From Candidatus Dormiibacterota bacterium (GTDB taxonomy: Archaea; Thermoproteota; Bathyarchaeia; 40CM-2-53-6), in the NCBI GenBank assembly GCA_035637535.1, contig DASPWZ010000032.1, forward strand, positions 16,421 to 80,420: 64,000 nt of DNA, given 5' to 3'. A program made the translations under genes and the position numbers. Below are positions 19,490 to 29,786 of the stretch, one piece after another. The notes beneath the pieces are model-generated. The model saw only the letters and a program-made list of their open reading frames with translations. It searched no databases and was not told the origin of the DNA. Numbering within the stretch: the first letter of the stretch is position 1; every line of letters begins with the position of its first letter.

Positions 19490-21171
19490 AGTGGGCTGTT
19501 ACGAACCGCATCGGACCCTTAGCAATCTCGATAATTCTCTTGACGATTTCCTTCCACTTCGCAGGAGCCCCCCTAACTGGATCGGTTAATGTTTCATCGC
19601 CAGTTCTCTACCGGAATAGTCCAGCGGGAACTAATCCTTATGTGACCACATTTCCTATTTCGAAGAACTCCTCGGACTTTACGCCGTTTGTCCTCTATCC
19701 AGCCAGCAACAAGACCGTCTGGGTTGTCACTATAAAGGAGGGCAATATTGTAAATAATGTCGTTGAGCCTCCCCAAGCACAGATAGTAGACTTCACAATT
19801 GGCGCAAAGCCGCATCCAGTTTTCAACCTCACGAACGCGATTCCGTCCGACATTTTCTACGATCAGAAACGTAACAGGGTATGGTTCCTCGAAAATAACA
19901 GCCTCGCCTACTACGATGCTACGAAGGGATATACGACCATAGAGCACACATTTCCCGGAGGTAGCCCTCAATACATGACGAACGATACCTACGGAAGGAT
20001 ATGGATCACTCTCCTAGGAAGCAACCAGGTCGTTGCATACGATCCATCAGGGATTGTGTCTCCACAATTTTTTGATGCGCCAGCATCAAGCGCGTCGCTA
20101 CAGGGAATTACAATCGGACCAGACGGCACAATATGGTTCGCGGAGACGACCGCAAAGAGGATCGGACACATAATTCCCTGCCTGACAGGGTCCTGCAACG
20201 TTACTGACTACGGTCCGCCGCCCAGCGTTGAAATTGCCTTCCCTATCCAATTGGCAGTCGACCGCGGGGGCGCAGTCTGGTTTACCGATCATGGCCGCGG
20301 CCAGTTCGGTAGCTTCAACCCTTCGACTGGAGAGTGGAGAGTATTTGGCATCGGGTATTGTTCAGAGTCATACAATCCAGACTGTCCTGTCGGGCTCCCT
20401 AACGCAATATCTCTCGATTCCAACGGCATGGTATGGTTCTCTGAGCATTTCGCCGGAAGAGTTGCCAAGTACGATCCAACTACTGGATCATTAACCGAGT
20501 ACTTCGTGCCCGCGACTACGATCCCTTACATTTGGTGGATGTGGCCTGGACCAGGAAATCTGGTCTGGTTCACAGCATTTGGACTCGGGGCCGTCGGATA
20601 CGTTAACGCCAGCTTACCTGTTCCCATCTCTATCAGCGCAGGAGTCCAGCCTGTCAAAGTTGAACAGGGAGCATCCCAAACCATACCTGTATCCATCACG
20701 GACCAAGCGGCCGGTCCCGTCTACCTGAACGTCTCAGCTGACGGCCACGACGCGCCATTCGGGTCCCCACCTTTAGTATACGGATTCGCAGTCCCGAGCG
20801 GGATCGAGCCGACTGGGAACGCAGTACCGGCCACGTTCAGGGTCTCTGCTGCCTGGACCGCGGACCTTGGCGAGAGGTACGTTACTCTGACAGCCTACAA
20901 CAGTAACGTCGCAGTGAATACCTTCGTGAATGTCAACGTAACCCAAACAACCATTCCCTTCATCTTCCGGACAAGCGCGCCATACGTATCAGCAGGATTC
21001 GCGTCCAGCATTGGTGTCGGAAGCCTTGCGCTCTACCTGTTTAGCTTGCCAAAGAACTCCCAGAAAGACCAGGATAGGAGAAAAGCGGACACTAAAACGA
21101 AACTTCGAGACGAAGGCAGACGTGCAGAACATATCCTGAGGACTGGGGCCGTCCAGACAGAAATCCCCTAG
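19429..21171 (+). CDS. secreted beta-propeller protein with Vgb (streptogramin lyase)/NHL-like repeats, C-terminal TM anchor
   Basis: 580 aa. Repeated blades (GITIGPDGTIWFAETTAKRIGHI, AVDRGGAVWFTDHGRGQFGSFNP, SLDSNGMVWFSEHFAGRVAKYDP). Start uncertain because the ORF overlaps the previous gene by 61 nt. Confidence 0.7.
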   Translation: MHCPLQRTFLDAIRIVKRHLEWAVTNRIGPLAISIILLTISFHFAGAPLTGSVNVSSPVLYRNSPAGTNPYVTTFPISKNSSDFTPFVLYPASNKTVWVVTIKEGNIVNNVVEPPQAQIVDFTIGAKPHPVFNLTNAIPSDIFYDQKRNRVWFLENNSLAYYDATKGYTTIEHTFPGGSPQYMTNDTYGRIWITLLGSNQVVAYDPSGIVSPQFFDAPASSASLQGITIGPDGTIWFAETTAKRIGHIIPCLTGSCNVTDYGPPPSVEIAFPIQLAVDRGGAVWFTDHGRGQFGSFNPSTGEWRVFGIGYCSESYNPDCPVGLPNAISLDSNGMVWFSEHFAGRVAKYDPTTGSLTEYFVPATTIPYIWWMWPGPGNLVWFTAFGLGAVGYVNASLPVPISISAGVQPVKVEQGASQTIPVSITDQAAGPVYLNVSADGHDAPFGSPPLVYGFAVPSGIEPTGNAVPATFRVSAAWTADLGERYVTLTAYNSNVAVNTFVNVNVTQTTIPFIFRTSAPYVSAGFASSIGVGSLALYLFSLPKNSQKDQDRRKADTKTKLRDEGRRAEHILRTGAVQTEIP

Positions 21172-21244
21172 AGGATTGGTCACTTGCTTAAGATGCAATT
21201 CTCCGCGATGGACAACAGATTCAAATAATATTTGGCTCATAAAT

Positions 21245-21721
21245 ATGCTGAATAGTATGAGCGTACCGTCGAAACCAGTAGCTGCCTTCGCTCTCAGCCT
21301 CGTTGCAGGGGTCTTCATTCTTTTGGGCTCGGTTGTCATGTCCATGTTCGCGCTCGGCGTCCCAGGAACAATGATGGGTGGGACGGAGGGTATGCAAGTG
21401 GGGACGGGGATGACCGGTAGCGTGATGGGAGGCATGATGGTGCCTTGGATGCTAGGTTCTGTCCCGGTTCTTGCGGCGTTCGGAATAGCCTCTGGGATAA
21501 TGGTGATCTTAGGCTCTGTTATGCTCTACACGCGCTCCGCAGAGAACCAACTGTGGGGAGCCATCATCCTCGCCTTCTCGGTCGTAAGCATCTTGGGAAG
21601 CATGGGCGGCCTTCTGGTGGGACTGGTCTTGGGAATGCTCGGTGGAATCCTCGCTCTTACATGGACCGATGCCGGGAAGCTTAGAGAGCAGACCCGCGTA
21701 GCTCTCTCGACTAGTGCCTAG
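21245..21721 (+). CDS. Gly/Met-rich membrane protein (hypothetical)
   Basis: ORF 21176-21721; the likely start is MLNSMS at 21245. About 4 TM helices. Confidence 0.5.
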   Translation: MLNSMSVPSKPVAAFALSLVAGVFILLGSVVMSMFALGVPGTMMGGTEGMQVGTGMTGSVMGGMMVPWMLGSVPVLAAFGIASGIMVILGSVMLYTRSAENQLWGAIILAFSVVSILGSMGGLLVGLVLGMLGGILALTWTDAGKLREQTRVALSTSA

Positions 21722-21886
21722 TTCCGTAGCGTGGTTTCTCAACCGAGCGGACCGTCCAGTACCGGTAGAGCTCTTCGAGACCGTTGCAATTTCTGGTGCG
21801 GGTAGAAGATCCAATAGATACATCCCCTAGATCCATGTTACCAGAGAGCTGTGAGGAATGACTGCAGAGAGGATTCTTCTACGTGC

Positions 21887-22474
21887 CTAGCCTGAGAGCG
21901 TCATGGCGATCTTCTCGCCGTCCTTGAGAACTACGTCTCCTTTAGCCGATGCTTGCTGGACTCCGTCCACTGTAACAGAAGTCACCGGATGACCATCAAT
22001 GGCGCTCCCGTCACTTGGCTGACCCCAGATCGCGAGAAACTCGTGGAGGGTAAAGTCTCGATGGGATGTGTTGACCTCAACATGGATGGTTCCTGACGTG
22101 TCATGAGTATGTAGAGCCGCCGCCCCACTTCCGTACTGGTCCAAGGAGTGATCTTTCCATAAATTCGAGTTTATCCCTATATCTGTGGGTACCGCGTAGG
22201 GGCTTCCGTTTAGTGTCACGGACAGGTGGGGATGCCAGTGAACCCCTCTGTCATAGCTAGCCGCCGCTACTGACACTCCGATGACAACTAACACCAAGAG
22301 ACCCAGAATCGCGAAGTTTCTCTTCCTATGGCTCCTGAAGACTGAAACCGATTTCACGACTGGTTGTCTTTCAGCCACAAAGCCGGCTCGCTTCGAGTGG
22401 AGCCGCTCCAAGTGTCCCTTCAGATTCTCTTTCTTGACAGAAGCCCCGCAGACAGGACACTTCTCAGTCTCCAA
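21887..22474 (-). CDS. Zn-finger/TM-anchored extracytoplasmic protein (His-rich domain)
   Basis: 195 aa. N-terminus METEKCPVCGASVKKENLKGHLERLH, one TM, then HWHPH...HTHDTSGTIHVE. Confidence 0.6.
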   Translation of the reverse strand: METEKCPVCGASVKKENLKGHLERLHSKRAGFVAERQPVVKSVSVFRSHRKRNFAILGLLVLVVIGVSVAAASYDRGVHWHPHLSVTLNGSPYAVPTDIGINSNLWKDHSLDQYGSGAAALHTHDTSGTIHVEVNTSHRDFTLHEFLAIWGQPSDGSAIDGHPVTSVTVDGVQQASAKGDVVLKDGEKIAMTLSG

Positions 22475-22801
22475 TGCTACCTTTGAATCGGCCGAGTCTC
22501 ACAAAAACCTATCGGCTATGTCGCCACTACGGAGCCATTCGATTCGCGTCCGGTCCGTAAAACTCGCATCGGCATTACGGCAACTCTTGCGGCGTCGACT
22601 CGGCAATTAACTCTGGCTACATATTCATCGGGACGGGTCCTCGCAGCAATCTTCGAGGTTGATGACCGTGACGACCTGGTCGTTATTGCACCCTATAGCA
22701 TTATCAGCGTCTTTGCCAAGGATTCAGCCTGTGACAGATTCTACAGAGGGGACAGTGACGAGAAAGGTCAGATGGGGATAGATTGAGCCACCAGGCCCAT
22801 C

Positions 22802-23557
22802 TCAATTCATCCTCATAGGGCCGGTACCGGTACCACAGCACGCTTCGAGGTCATTGACATGAGCGACCTGTTGTGCAGTGTATCCGTATCTGACAATCAA
22901 TATCTTGGCAAGTCCTTCGTGCTGATACCAGCTCCAACACTGGCAACAACACCAATTCTCCTTTGATAAGGTTGCAGCACTTGCGAATACGGACTGCTGG
23001 TCAGTGGTGAGATTCAGTTTTTGCCCAGCAATGTCAGCCTTTGCTACCGGAGCTGGGATGTTGTATGGATCTTTAGCAATCAGCGAAGATAAGGAAGTGT
23101 AGTTCGAAAGTTCGGAAATTTGATTCTGATAATCCGTTGCGACCATAGGGTTACAGCAGGCTCCCTGAATGTAAGTATCGTCTGCCAAGCTGTTCATCCA
23201 ATTCGTGTAACCCATCTCGTCTCCCATGTTTGCGCCCCACAGACAACGGCTCACTTGTTGGTTCAAATAATTGAACTGTTCAATAGACCCAGGTGAGGCT
23301 GGACCTGGATTTGTTCCTGGCATATTCATGTTCTGCGCTGAAAAAACGACAAAGGCAGTCACGATAACTGCCAGCAGCACCAAGGATGGAATCGCGATGT
23401 TTCTCTTTCGATGGCTGTGAAAGACAGAGCTAGTCTTGACAACGCTAGGAACATTGGTCGGGGAAGTAGGACGACCGGAATGAACCCTACCAAGGTGTCC
23501 TTTCAGATTCTCTTTCTTGACAGAAGTCCCGCAGACAGGACATTTCTCGGTCTCCAA
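22802..23557 (-). CDS. Zn-finger/TM-anchored Cys-rich extracytoplasmic protein (paralogous N-terminus)
   Basis: 251 aa. N-terminus METEKCPVCGTSVKKENLKGHLGRVH, one TM, then Cys clusters (GACCNP, NWCCCQCWSW, EACCGTG). Confidence 0.6.
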   Translation of the reverse strand: METEKCPVCGTSVKKENLKGHLGRVHSGRPTSPTNVPSVVKTSSVFHSHRKRNIAIPSLVLLAVIVTAFVVFSAQNMNMPGTNPGPASPGSIEQFNYLNQQVSRCLWGANMGDEMGYTNWMNSLADDTYIQGACCNPMVATDYQNQISELSNYTSLSSLIAKDPYNIPAPVAKADIAGQKLNLTTDQQSVFASAATLSKENWCCCQCWSWYQHEGLAKILIVRYGYTAQQVAHVNDLEACCGTGTGPMRMN

Positions 23558-23719
23558 TGCTATTCTTCGATTCGGGTTCAGTCTCTAAAGAACATAATGG
23601 TTACGTCCGTAAGGTTTTTCGTGCCCGGAGACCGTTCGTACAACCGCATCGCTAATGCTGTCTCCTTGGAGTCTACGCCGATTACGCTGCAATGAATAAG
23701 AGAGAGGTCGGCACGAAGA

Positions 23720-24028
23720 CTATACGAGTTCAATCTCGATAAAAACGTCGTCCGGGGCGCGAATCCTCATCAGCCGTTTCAGGAAACGCTCGTTGGGGTC
23801 TACATCGATTAGTCGTTTATGAATCCTCATCTCCCACTTGTCGAAGGTGTTTGTGCCTTGGCCTGCCGGAGATTTTCGGGTTGGGACCATCAGCTTCTTG
23901 GTCGGAAGGGGAATCGGACCCTTTAGCTTGACGCCCGTCTTGTCCGCGATCTCTTTGATTTCCGCGCATATTGTGTTGATATCTTGGGGGTCCGTGCTGG
24001 ACAGCCGTATTCTAGCTTTGGAGACCAT
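23720..24028 (-). CDS. rps10: 30S ribosomal protein S10 (uS10)
   Basis: 102 aa. [41 protein letters not shown]. Downstream of EF-1alpha, as is usual in archaea. Confidence 0.95.
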   Translation of the reverse strand: MVSKARIRLSSTDPQDINTICAEIKEIADKTGVKLKGPIPLPTKKLMVPTRKSPAGQGTNTFDKWEMRIHKRLIDVDPNERFLKRLMRIRAPDDVFIEIELV

Positions 24029-24229
24029 TCCAAGATACCTTCATGATTCTACGTTTCTCGCGGAGTTCACAGCCCGCCCCTGTACTGTTAAAAACATTGG
24101 TATCTTGAGAGCAACGATGATCCGTTTGCTCAGGTACTTGTTGATGAAATAGCCGCTGCGCTATTCTTGAACAAATGACGAAAATCCGTTTACCCAAAAA
24201 TATGGAATGGGAAGTGTTCGTGTTGGATT

Positions 24230-25543
24230 CTAGGCTTTCGGAATCTCGCCCTTTTCCTTGATCTCCTGAACGACTCCTACGCCAACCGTAGCTCCCATGT
24301 CGCGGATGGCGAATCGTCCAAGTTCAGGAATGTCCTTGAAGTTCTCGAGCACCATTGGTCTGAGTGGCCTCATCTTGACGAGAGCGCTGTCGCCTACTTT
24401 GAGGAATGAGGGCTTCTCCTCAACCACCTGGCCGGTTCGCGGGTCCAGCTTGCGTATCAGCTCCTCAAAGGTTACCCCGACCGTAGCCGTGTGAGCGTGT
24501 AGTACCGGAGTGTATCCGGCTGCGATGGCGGTTGGATGGTAAATGACGATGATTTGGCCGACGAACGCCTTTGCGACGGTGGGTGGGTTGTCCGTGTGGC
24601 CCATGACCTCGCCTCTCCCAATCTCATTCTTTGCAACACCACGGATGTTGAACCCAATGTTGTCTCCGGGTTCAGCTTTGGTCATTCTAACATGGTGTGT
24701 CTCGATCGTCTTGCACTCGCCGACTTTGCCAGACGGCATGAAGATCACTTTGTCTCCGTCCTTCAATATGCCCGTCTCGACGCGTCCGACGGGAACAGTC
24801 CCGACTCCGGTAATGGTGTAAACGTCCTGGATTGGAACTCTCAATGGCTTGTCGAGAGGCTTGGCCGGTGGAACGATAGCGTCCAACGCATCAAGTATGC
24901 TGGGACCCTTGTACCATGGAGTATTGGAGCTCTTCTTGGCGAGGTTATCTCCTAACCATCCGCTGGTGGGGACGAAATTGATCTTGGAAACATCATAGCC
25001 GACCGTCTTTAGCAGTCCTTCCAGTTCCTTCCTCGCCTCCTTGTAACGCTCTTCAGTGTACTTGACCGTCTGATCATCCATCTTATTGATGGCCACAACC
25101 AGTTGCTTAACGCCGAGGGTCCTTGCGAGGTACGCGTGTTCCCTTGCCTGACCTCCGGGCCCAATGGCTACTTCGAACTCTCCCTTCTTTGCGGAAATTA
25201 CGAGTATAGCAACGTCAGCCTGGCTGGCACCGGTAATCATGTTCTTGATGAAGTCACGATGTCCCGGCGCATCGATGATCGTGTAGAAGTTGTGAGGAGT
25301 TTCGAACTTTTGGAATGAGAGGTCGATGGTGACTCCTCTCTCTCGTTCCTCTTTGATCGTGTCTAGGACCCATGCGAACTTGAAAGTGTCGCCGGCTCCA
25401 GTCTTCTCTGATTCCTTTGCGTAATTATCGATCGTTTTCTGATCGATGTATCCGGCATCGAAGAGCAAGTGACCTGTCAAGGTGCTCTTGCCGTGGTCTA
25501 CGTGACCCATCACGATTAGGTTGAGATGGGGCTTTGCGGACAT
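24230..25543 (-). CDS. tuf: translation elongation factor 1-alpha
   Basis: 437 aa. [21 protein letters not shown]. Confidence 0.97.
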   Translation of the reverse strand: MSAKPHLNLIVMGHVDHGKSTLTGHLLFDAGYIDQKTIDNYAKESEKTGAGDTFKFAWVLDTIKEERERGVTIDLSFQKFETPHNFYTIIDAPGHRDFIKNMITGASQADVAILVISAKKGEFEVAIGPGGQAREHAYLARTLGVKQLVVAINKMDDQTVKYTEERYKEARKELEGLLKTVGYDVSKINFVPTSGWLGDNLAKKSSNTPWYKGPSILDALDAIVPPAKPLDKPLRVPIQDVYTITGVGTVPVGRVETGILKDGDKVIFMPSGKVGECKTIETHHVRMTKAEPGDNIGFNIRGVAKNEIGRGEVMGHTDNPPTVAKAFVGQIIVIYHPTAIAAGYTPVLHAHTATVGVTFEELIRKLDPRTGQVVEEKPSFLKVGDSALVKMRPLRPMVLENFKDIPELGRFAIRDMGATVGVGVVQEIKEKGEIPKA

Positions 25544-25595
25544 TGTCTAGTTCACTCTCTCCTTTCGTGAAACAGAGAGATGAAAGTCTGAGGTC

Positions 25596-25605
25596 TTTAT
25601 AAAAA
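25596..25605 (-). promoter_or_regulatory. TATA-box candidate upstream of EF-1alpha
   Basis: Reads tttttataaa on the minus strand, ~55 nt upstream of the ATG, in the divergent intergenic region. Confidence 0.3.
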
Positions 25606-25767
25606 GCCTTGTCCATCTGCAAAAACGTCCAACAATTTTTCCGTCAAAACAATTTACGCCGTCGGTGAAGAAAGGTCTAAATGGAGAATTTCTCGGTGGC
25701 GTGTCCGATTTAGAAGGCTCGTTTGTTGCTGGAGACTACATCAAAACACGACGCCGCCCCAGTTAGC

Positions 25768-27015
25768 ATGGGGATGCAGAAGACTCAGTATGACATGGCG
25801 CTGGAACAATTCCAAAAAGCCGCCGACATAATGAAACTAGACCCCAACGTTCAGGAGATCCTGCGAAAGCCCAGACGAATTCTTAGCATCAACTTTCCAG
25901 TCAAGATGGATGATGGCCGAATTCTCCTCTACCAAGGCTTCAGGAGCCAGCACAACAACGCCCTCGGACCCTACAAAGGGGGAATAAGATTCCATCCTAA
26001 CGTCACGATAGACGAGGTCAAAGCACTCTCGATGTGGATGACCTGGAAGTGTGCGGTCGCGGGCATCCCATTCGGCGGAGCCAAAGGAGGAGTGACAGTC
26101 AACCCCAAACAACTCTCTCACTCGGAACTAGAGAGACTGTCGAGATCATTCTTTTCCTTGATCAGCGAGATAGTTGGTCCCTTCAGAGACATTCCCGCAC
26201 CTGACGTCTACACAGACTCTCAGACTATGGCGTGGTTCATGGATGAGTACAGCAAGAATGAACGAAATAATCCCTTTGCTGTCGTCACCGGGAAACCGTT
26301 GATAATCGGCGGATCGCTTGGCCGAGATTCTGCCACCGGCCGAGGCGTGTCCATCAATGTCGAAGAAGCGGCTCGGCACCTCAAGATGGACCTGAAGAAG
26401 GCGACGTGTGCGATTCAAGGCTTTGGCAATGTTGGATCTTTTGCTCACATGTTCCTTGAAGAAGCGGGCGTAAAGGTCGTGGCGGTCTCCGATTCTAAGG
26501 GCGGAGCCTACAAGAAGAACGGAATCTGGTTCAACGAAGTCTCAGCTTACAAGAAAAAGACTGGCAACATCGTCAACATGCCAGAGAGCGAACCCATTAC
26601 GAACGAAGAACTACTAGAGCTCGACGTCGACATACTCGTCCCAGCCGCCCTCGAAGACGTTATCACAGAAAAGAACGCGTCCAAGATCAAAGCGAAGCTC
26701 GTGGCCGAAGGCGCCAATGGTCCGACTACGCCAGAGGCGGATGAGATTCTCTTCAAGAGAAATGTGACGTTGATTCCGGACATACTGGCGAATTCTGGAG
26801 GTGTCAGTACAAGTTATCTCGAATGGGTCCAGAATCTCCAGCATCTCTACTGGAGCGCGGAGGAGGTTGACCAGCGCTTGAAGGCGATAATGAAGAAGGC
26901 TTTCGCTGAGGTCTACAAGACAAGCCAGGAGAACAACGTGGACATGCGGACCGGCGCTTACATCTACGCTATTGGCAAGGTGACCGCCGCGATGAAGATT
27001 CGCGGATGGGTTTAG
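25768..27015 (+). CDS. gdhA: glutamate dehydrogenase
   Basis: ORF 25723-27015; the likely start is MGMQKT at 25768. GPYKGGIRFHP and GIPFGGAKGG motifs. Confidence 0.93.
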   Translation: MGMQKTQYDMALEQFQKAADIMKLDPNVQEILRKPRRILSINFPVKMDDGRILLYQGFRSQHNNALGPYKGGIRFHPNVTIDEVKALSMWMTWKCAVAGIPFGGAKGGVTVNPKQLSHSELERLSRSFFSLISEIVGPFRDIPAPDVYTDSQTMAWFMDEYSKNERNNPFAVVTGKPLIIGGSLGRDSATGRGVSINVEEAARHLKMDLKKATCAIQGFGNVGSFAHMFLEEAGVKVVAVSDSKGGAYKKNGIWFNEVSAYKKKTGNIVNMPESEPITNEELLELDVDILVPAALEDVITEKNASKIKAKLVAEGANGPTTPEADEILFKRNVTLIPDILANSGGVSTSYLEWVQNLQHLYWSAEEVDQRLKAIMKKAFAEVYKTSQENNVDMRTGAYIYAIGKVTAAMKIRGWV

Positions 27016-27031
27016 AAGCTATCGAACACTG

Positions 27032-27487
27032 CTATTCTACTAGAGCAGAGATTCTCTGTTCGTCCCGGGCCTCTTCGGCCATGACATCCATTGCCATTCT
27101 GTAGGTTATCAGGTCGCTGTCTCTGGTCTTCAGAGCTAGCTTCTGGAAGAAGTCAATAGAAGCCCTCTCCAGCTTCAGACTATCCTTGATTAGAGCTTTC
27201 AAATCGTTTCCTCTCCTAGGAGGCTCATAATATGGAAGAAAACTTCTCTTCTCCCATTCTGCCGGCCTTGCAAGGGGAACGCCCCCTAGCTGAATGATTC
27301 TTCCCATAAGAGTCGATGCATGAGCCCACTCTTCCTTCGCGATCTCTTGGAAGATTGATGAGAGATGGGCAGAGTTGATACCGTTAGCGATCTTGCTCAG
27401 GTAAAGGTACCGGAAGGCGGCCAGGGTTTCCCCCGCCAGGGCCTGGTTTAGGTCTTCCAGTAAGGTGGACTCTTTCTTGACGGACAT
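27032..27487 (-). CDS. ferritin-like di-iron protein (bacterioferritin/Dps-like)
   Basis: 151 aa four-helix pattern with E...EEWAH ligands. Confidence 0.65.
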   Translation of the reverse strand: MSVKKESTLLEDLNQALAGETLAAFRYLYLSKIANGINSAHLSSIFQEIAKEEWAHASTLMGRIIQLGGVPLARPAEWEKRSFLPYYEPPRRGNDLKALIKDSLKLERASIDFFQKLALKTRDSDLITYRMAMDVMAEEARDEQRISALVE

Positions 27488-27547
27488 ATGTCGATATCGG
27501 CATGTGCCTCGCCAGTTTATTTAGGCTTATTCTGAAAGAATGTAATT

Positions 27548-28456
27548 GTGGAAACCACAAATCCCTCAGATGAGCGGCGACTGAATCCGCCCAGCCCTGC
27601 ATCCTCGTCTCGACTAGCTCCTTTCCTGGCGCTGGTCAGAATTCCCAATTGCCTCATGATCGGGTTGGCTGTCCTCGTGGCGGAGACGATAGGCCTTGGT
27701 ACCCTGCCTTCCGTCATACAGGGAGTCTTTGGCTTCCTCACAGCGTTCTTGCTTCTAGCTGGGACGATGGTGTATAACGACATTCAGGATGTTCAAGCGG
27801 ACAGAGTCAATAGCCCTGACCGGCCAATCCCCTCAGGCAAGGTGACAATCCGAGAGGCTTACGGATTGTCGATCGTTTTGTCGGCCCTTGCGCTGATATC
27901 GTCACTGGTTCTCGGTATCCTGACCTTTCTGACGGCGCTGGTTGCCCTGGCCCTGATGGCGTACTATAACACGCATGGAAAGAAGACTGGGCTGTTAGGA
28001 AATGTCGTCGTAAGTTTCAACGTCGCTCTGCCTTTCTTCTTTGGCGGCTTAGCGGTCAATAGCTTGCGCCCATTGCTCTTCATTTTCTTTCTCCTCGCCT
28101 TCTTGGCTAACACGGCTCGCGAGGTTGCGAAAGGGATTGCGGATGTTGCGGGTGATAGTTCCAAGGGAGTCACGACTATCGCGGTTACGCAAGGACCGAA
28201 GCGTGCCGCGGAACTTGCAGCTGCATTCTTCGTAGTAGCTGTTCTCTTGAGCTTCCTAGTTCCTGTTTTCGATCAGAGAGTCTCGCTGTTCTACTATCCT
28301 ATAGTCGTCGTTGCGGATCTTGGTTTCTTGTACTCATCCTACAGGCTGATCCGTGATCCGACGGCGACAACCGTTCGTAAGGTGAAAAGTCAGGTCTTAG
28401 TTTGGATGCTTCTTGGCCTGGTGGGGTTCTTTGTGGGAGGCATCCCGGCTCTTTGA
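27548..28456 (+). CDS. UbiA-family prenyltransferase (probable digeranylgeranylglyceryl phosphate synthase)
   Basis: 302 aa, 8-9 TM helices. NDIQDVQADRVNSPDRPIPSG Asp-rich motif. Isoprenoid-gene neighbourhood. Confidence 0.8.
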   Translation: METTNPSDERRLNPPSPASSSRLAPFLALVRIPNCLMIGLAVLVAETIGLGTLPSVIQGVFGFLTAFLLLAGTMVYNDIQDVQADRVNSPDRPIPSGKVTIREAYGLSIVLSALALISSLVLGILTFLTALVALALMAYYNTHGKKTGLLGNVVVSFNVALPFFFGGLAVNSLRPLLFIFFLLAFLANTAREVAKGIADVAGDSSKGVTTIAVTQGPKRAAELAAAFFVVAVLLSFLVPVFDQRVSLFYYPIVVVADLGFLYSSYRLIRDPTATTVRKVKSQVLVWMLLGLVGFFVGGIPAL

Positions 28457-29731
28457 GGACCCTATCTCTATGACTAGCTCTTTCGCTCGGTCCAGTCTCA
28501 CCTTCTTCTCTTCTACCATCGCTGCAGCGACCTCGTCGATCATGTCTCCTTCAGCTCCAGCCATGGCGGCGATGTTTCTTGCATGGAGAGACATGTGACC
28601 TCGCTGGATTCCCTCTCCGGCCAAAGCCCTGAGTGCCGCTAGGTTTTGCGCTAGGCCGACCGCTGCCATAACTTCTCCTAGTTCCTTTGCGGTCTTAACT
28701 CTTAGAATCTTTAGGCTGATCCTTGCTGCTGGGTGCACGGAGGTTATTCCTCCTACTATCCCAACAGCAGCGGGTATCTCTATGAATCCTTCAAGGTCAC
28801 CATTCTCATCCTTACTCCAGCGTGTCAGAGGCGAATAGTGCCCTGTCCTAGCCGCGTAAGCATGTGCACCCGCTTCTATCGCGCGAGTATCGTTTCCTGT
28901 CGCGAGGCAGACCGCTGTGACCCCATTCATCACTCCCTTGTTGTGAGTGGCACACCTGTACGGATCCGCGGCCGCAAAAGCATAGGCCTGCACGATTCCG
29001 TCCACAACTTCCCCTCCACCTAGATCATCTTTCGAGAAGTGCGCAGTGGCTCTCGCGATTCGCCTATCTGCTAGATTGGATATGATTCTAAGATTTGCAT
29101 TTCCTCCAGAGAGCTTCTCCAACATGGGAGCTACTGCTTCTGCCATCGTGTTGACGACGTTAGCCCCCATAGCGTCTCGACAATCGACGAGTAATTCAGC
29201 GATCACCATTGTGCCTGCGAGTGAGGGGAGTATTCTGACGCGTAGATCCTTTGCGCCCCCGCCTTTTGAGACCAGTGTCGGGTCCTGTTGGTTCGCCTTG
29301 TTCAGGATCTCCTGCTTGGAGGAGAGAATTGCTTTCTCCGCATCTCTTGGTGATGGGCACTTTACAAGTTGTACTTGCCCGATCATGATCGGCTCAGTGC
29401 TACTGGTCTTGAACCCGCCCTTGGCCCTTGCCATCTTGGCGGCGTGACTGGCTGCCGCAACAACTGAGGGTTCCTCGATGGCCATTGGTATGAGATAGTC
29501 CTTGCCGTTGACAAGGAAGTTCACGGCGATCCCCAAGGGTATTGGTAGAACTCCAACGACGTTTTCGATCATTCTCTGCGCCGAGGGACCGGGCAGAGCG
29601 CCAGTCTTCAGCGTCTGAACTTCTTCGTCGGAGAGTCCTGAGAATTCTTGGACGATACGCAGTCTCTCTTCGGTCGACAGTTTGTAAAATGATCCAATGT
29701 TCGATCCTCTCTCCACACTCTTCACTTCCAA
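28397..29731 (-). CDS. hydroxymethylglutaryl-CoA reductase
   Basis: 444 aa. EEPSVVAAASHAAK, DAMGANVVNT and HMSLHARN blocks. Confidence 0.9.
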   Translation of the reverse strand: MEVKSVERGSNIGSFYKLSTEERLRIVQEFSGLSDEEVQTLKTGALPGPSAQRMIENVVGVLPIPLGIAVNFLVNGKDYLIPMAIEEPSVVAAASHAAKMARAKGGFKTSSTEPIMIGQVQLVKCPSPRDAEKAILSSKQEILNKANQQDPTLVSKGGGAKDLRVRILPSLAGTMVIAELLVDCRDAMGANVVNTMAEAVAPMLEKLSGGNANLRIISNLADRRIARATAHFSKDDLGGGEVVDGIVQAYAFAAADPYRCATHNKGVMNGVTAVCLATGNDTRAIEAGAHAYAARTGHYSPLTRWSKDENGDLEGFIEIPAAVGIVGGITSVHPAARISLKILRVKTAKELGEVMAAVGLAQNLAALRALAGEGIQRGHMSLHARNIAAMAGAEGDMIDEVAAAMVEEKKVRLDRAKELVIEIGSSKSRDASHKEPHQAKKHPN

Positions 29732-29786
29732 CCTTGCAGTCTCCTGAAATCAGATCGTCGGAACAATTATGCGCGAGCATTTGTGG

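Noticed and set aside
28397-28456. 60-nt convergent overlap of the UbiA and HMG-CoA reductase genes as a regulatory feature
   Set aside because: It is most simply explained by non-conserved C-terminal tails of both ORFs, and nothing structural is evident.
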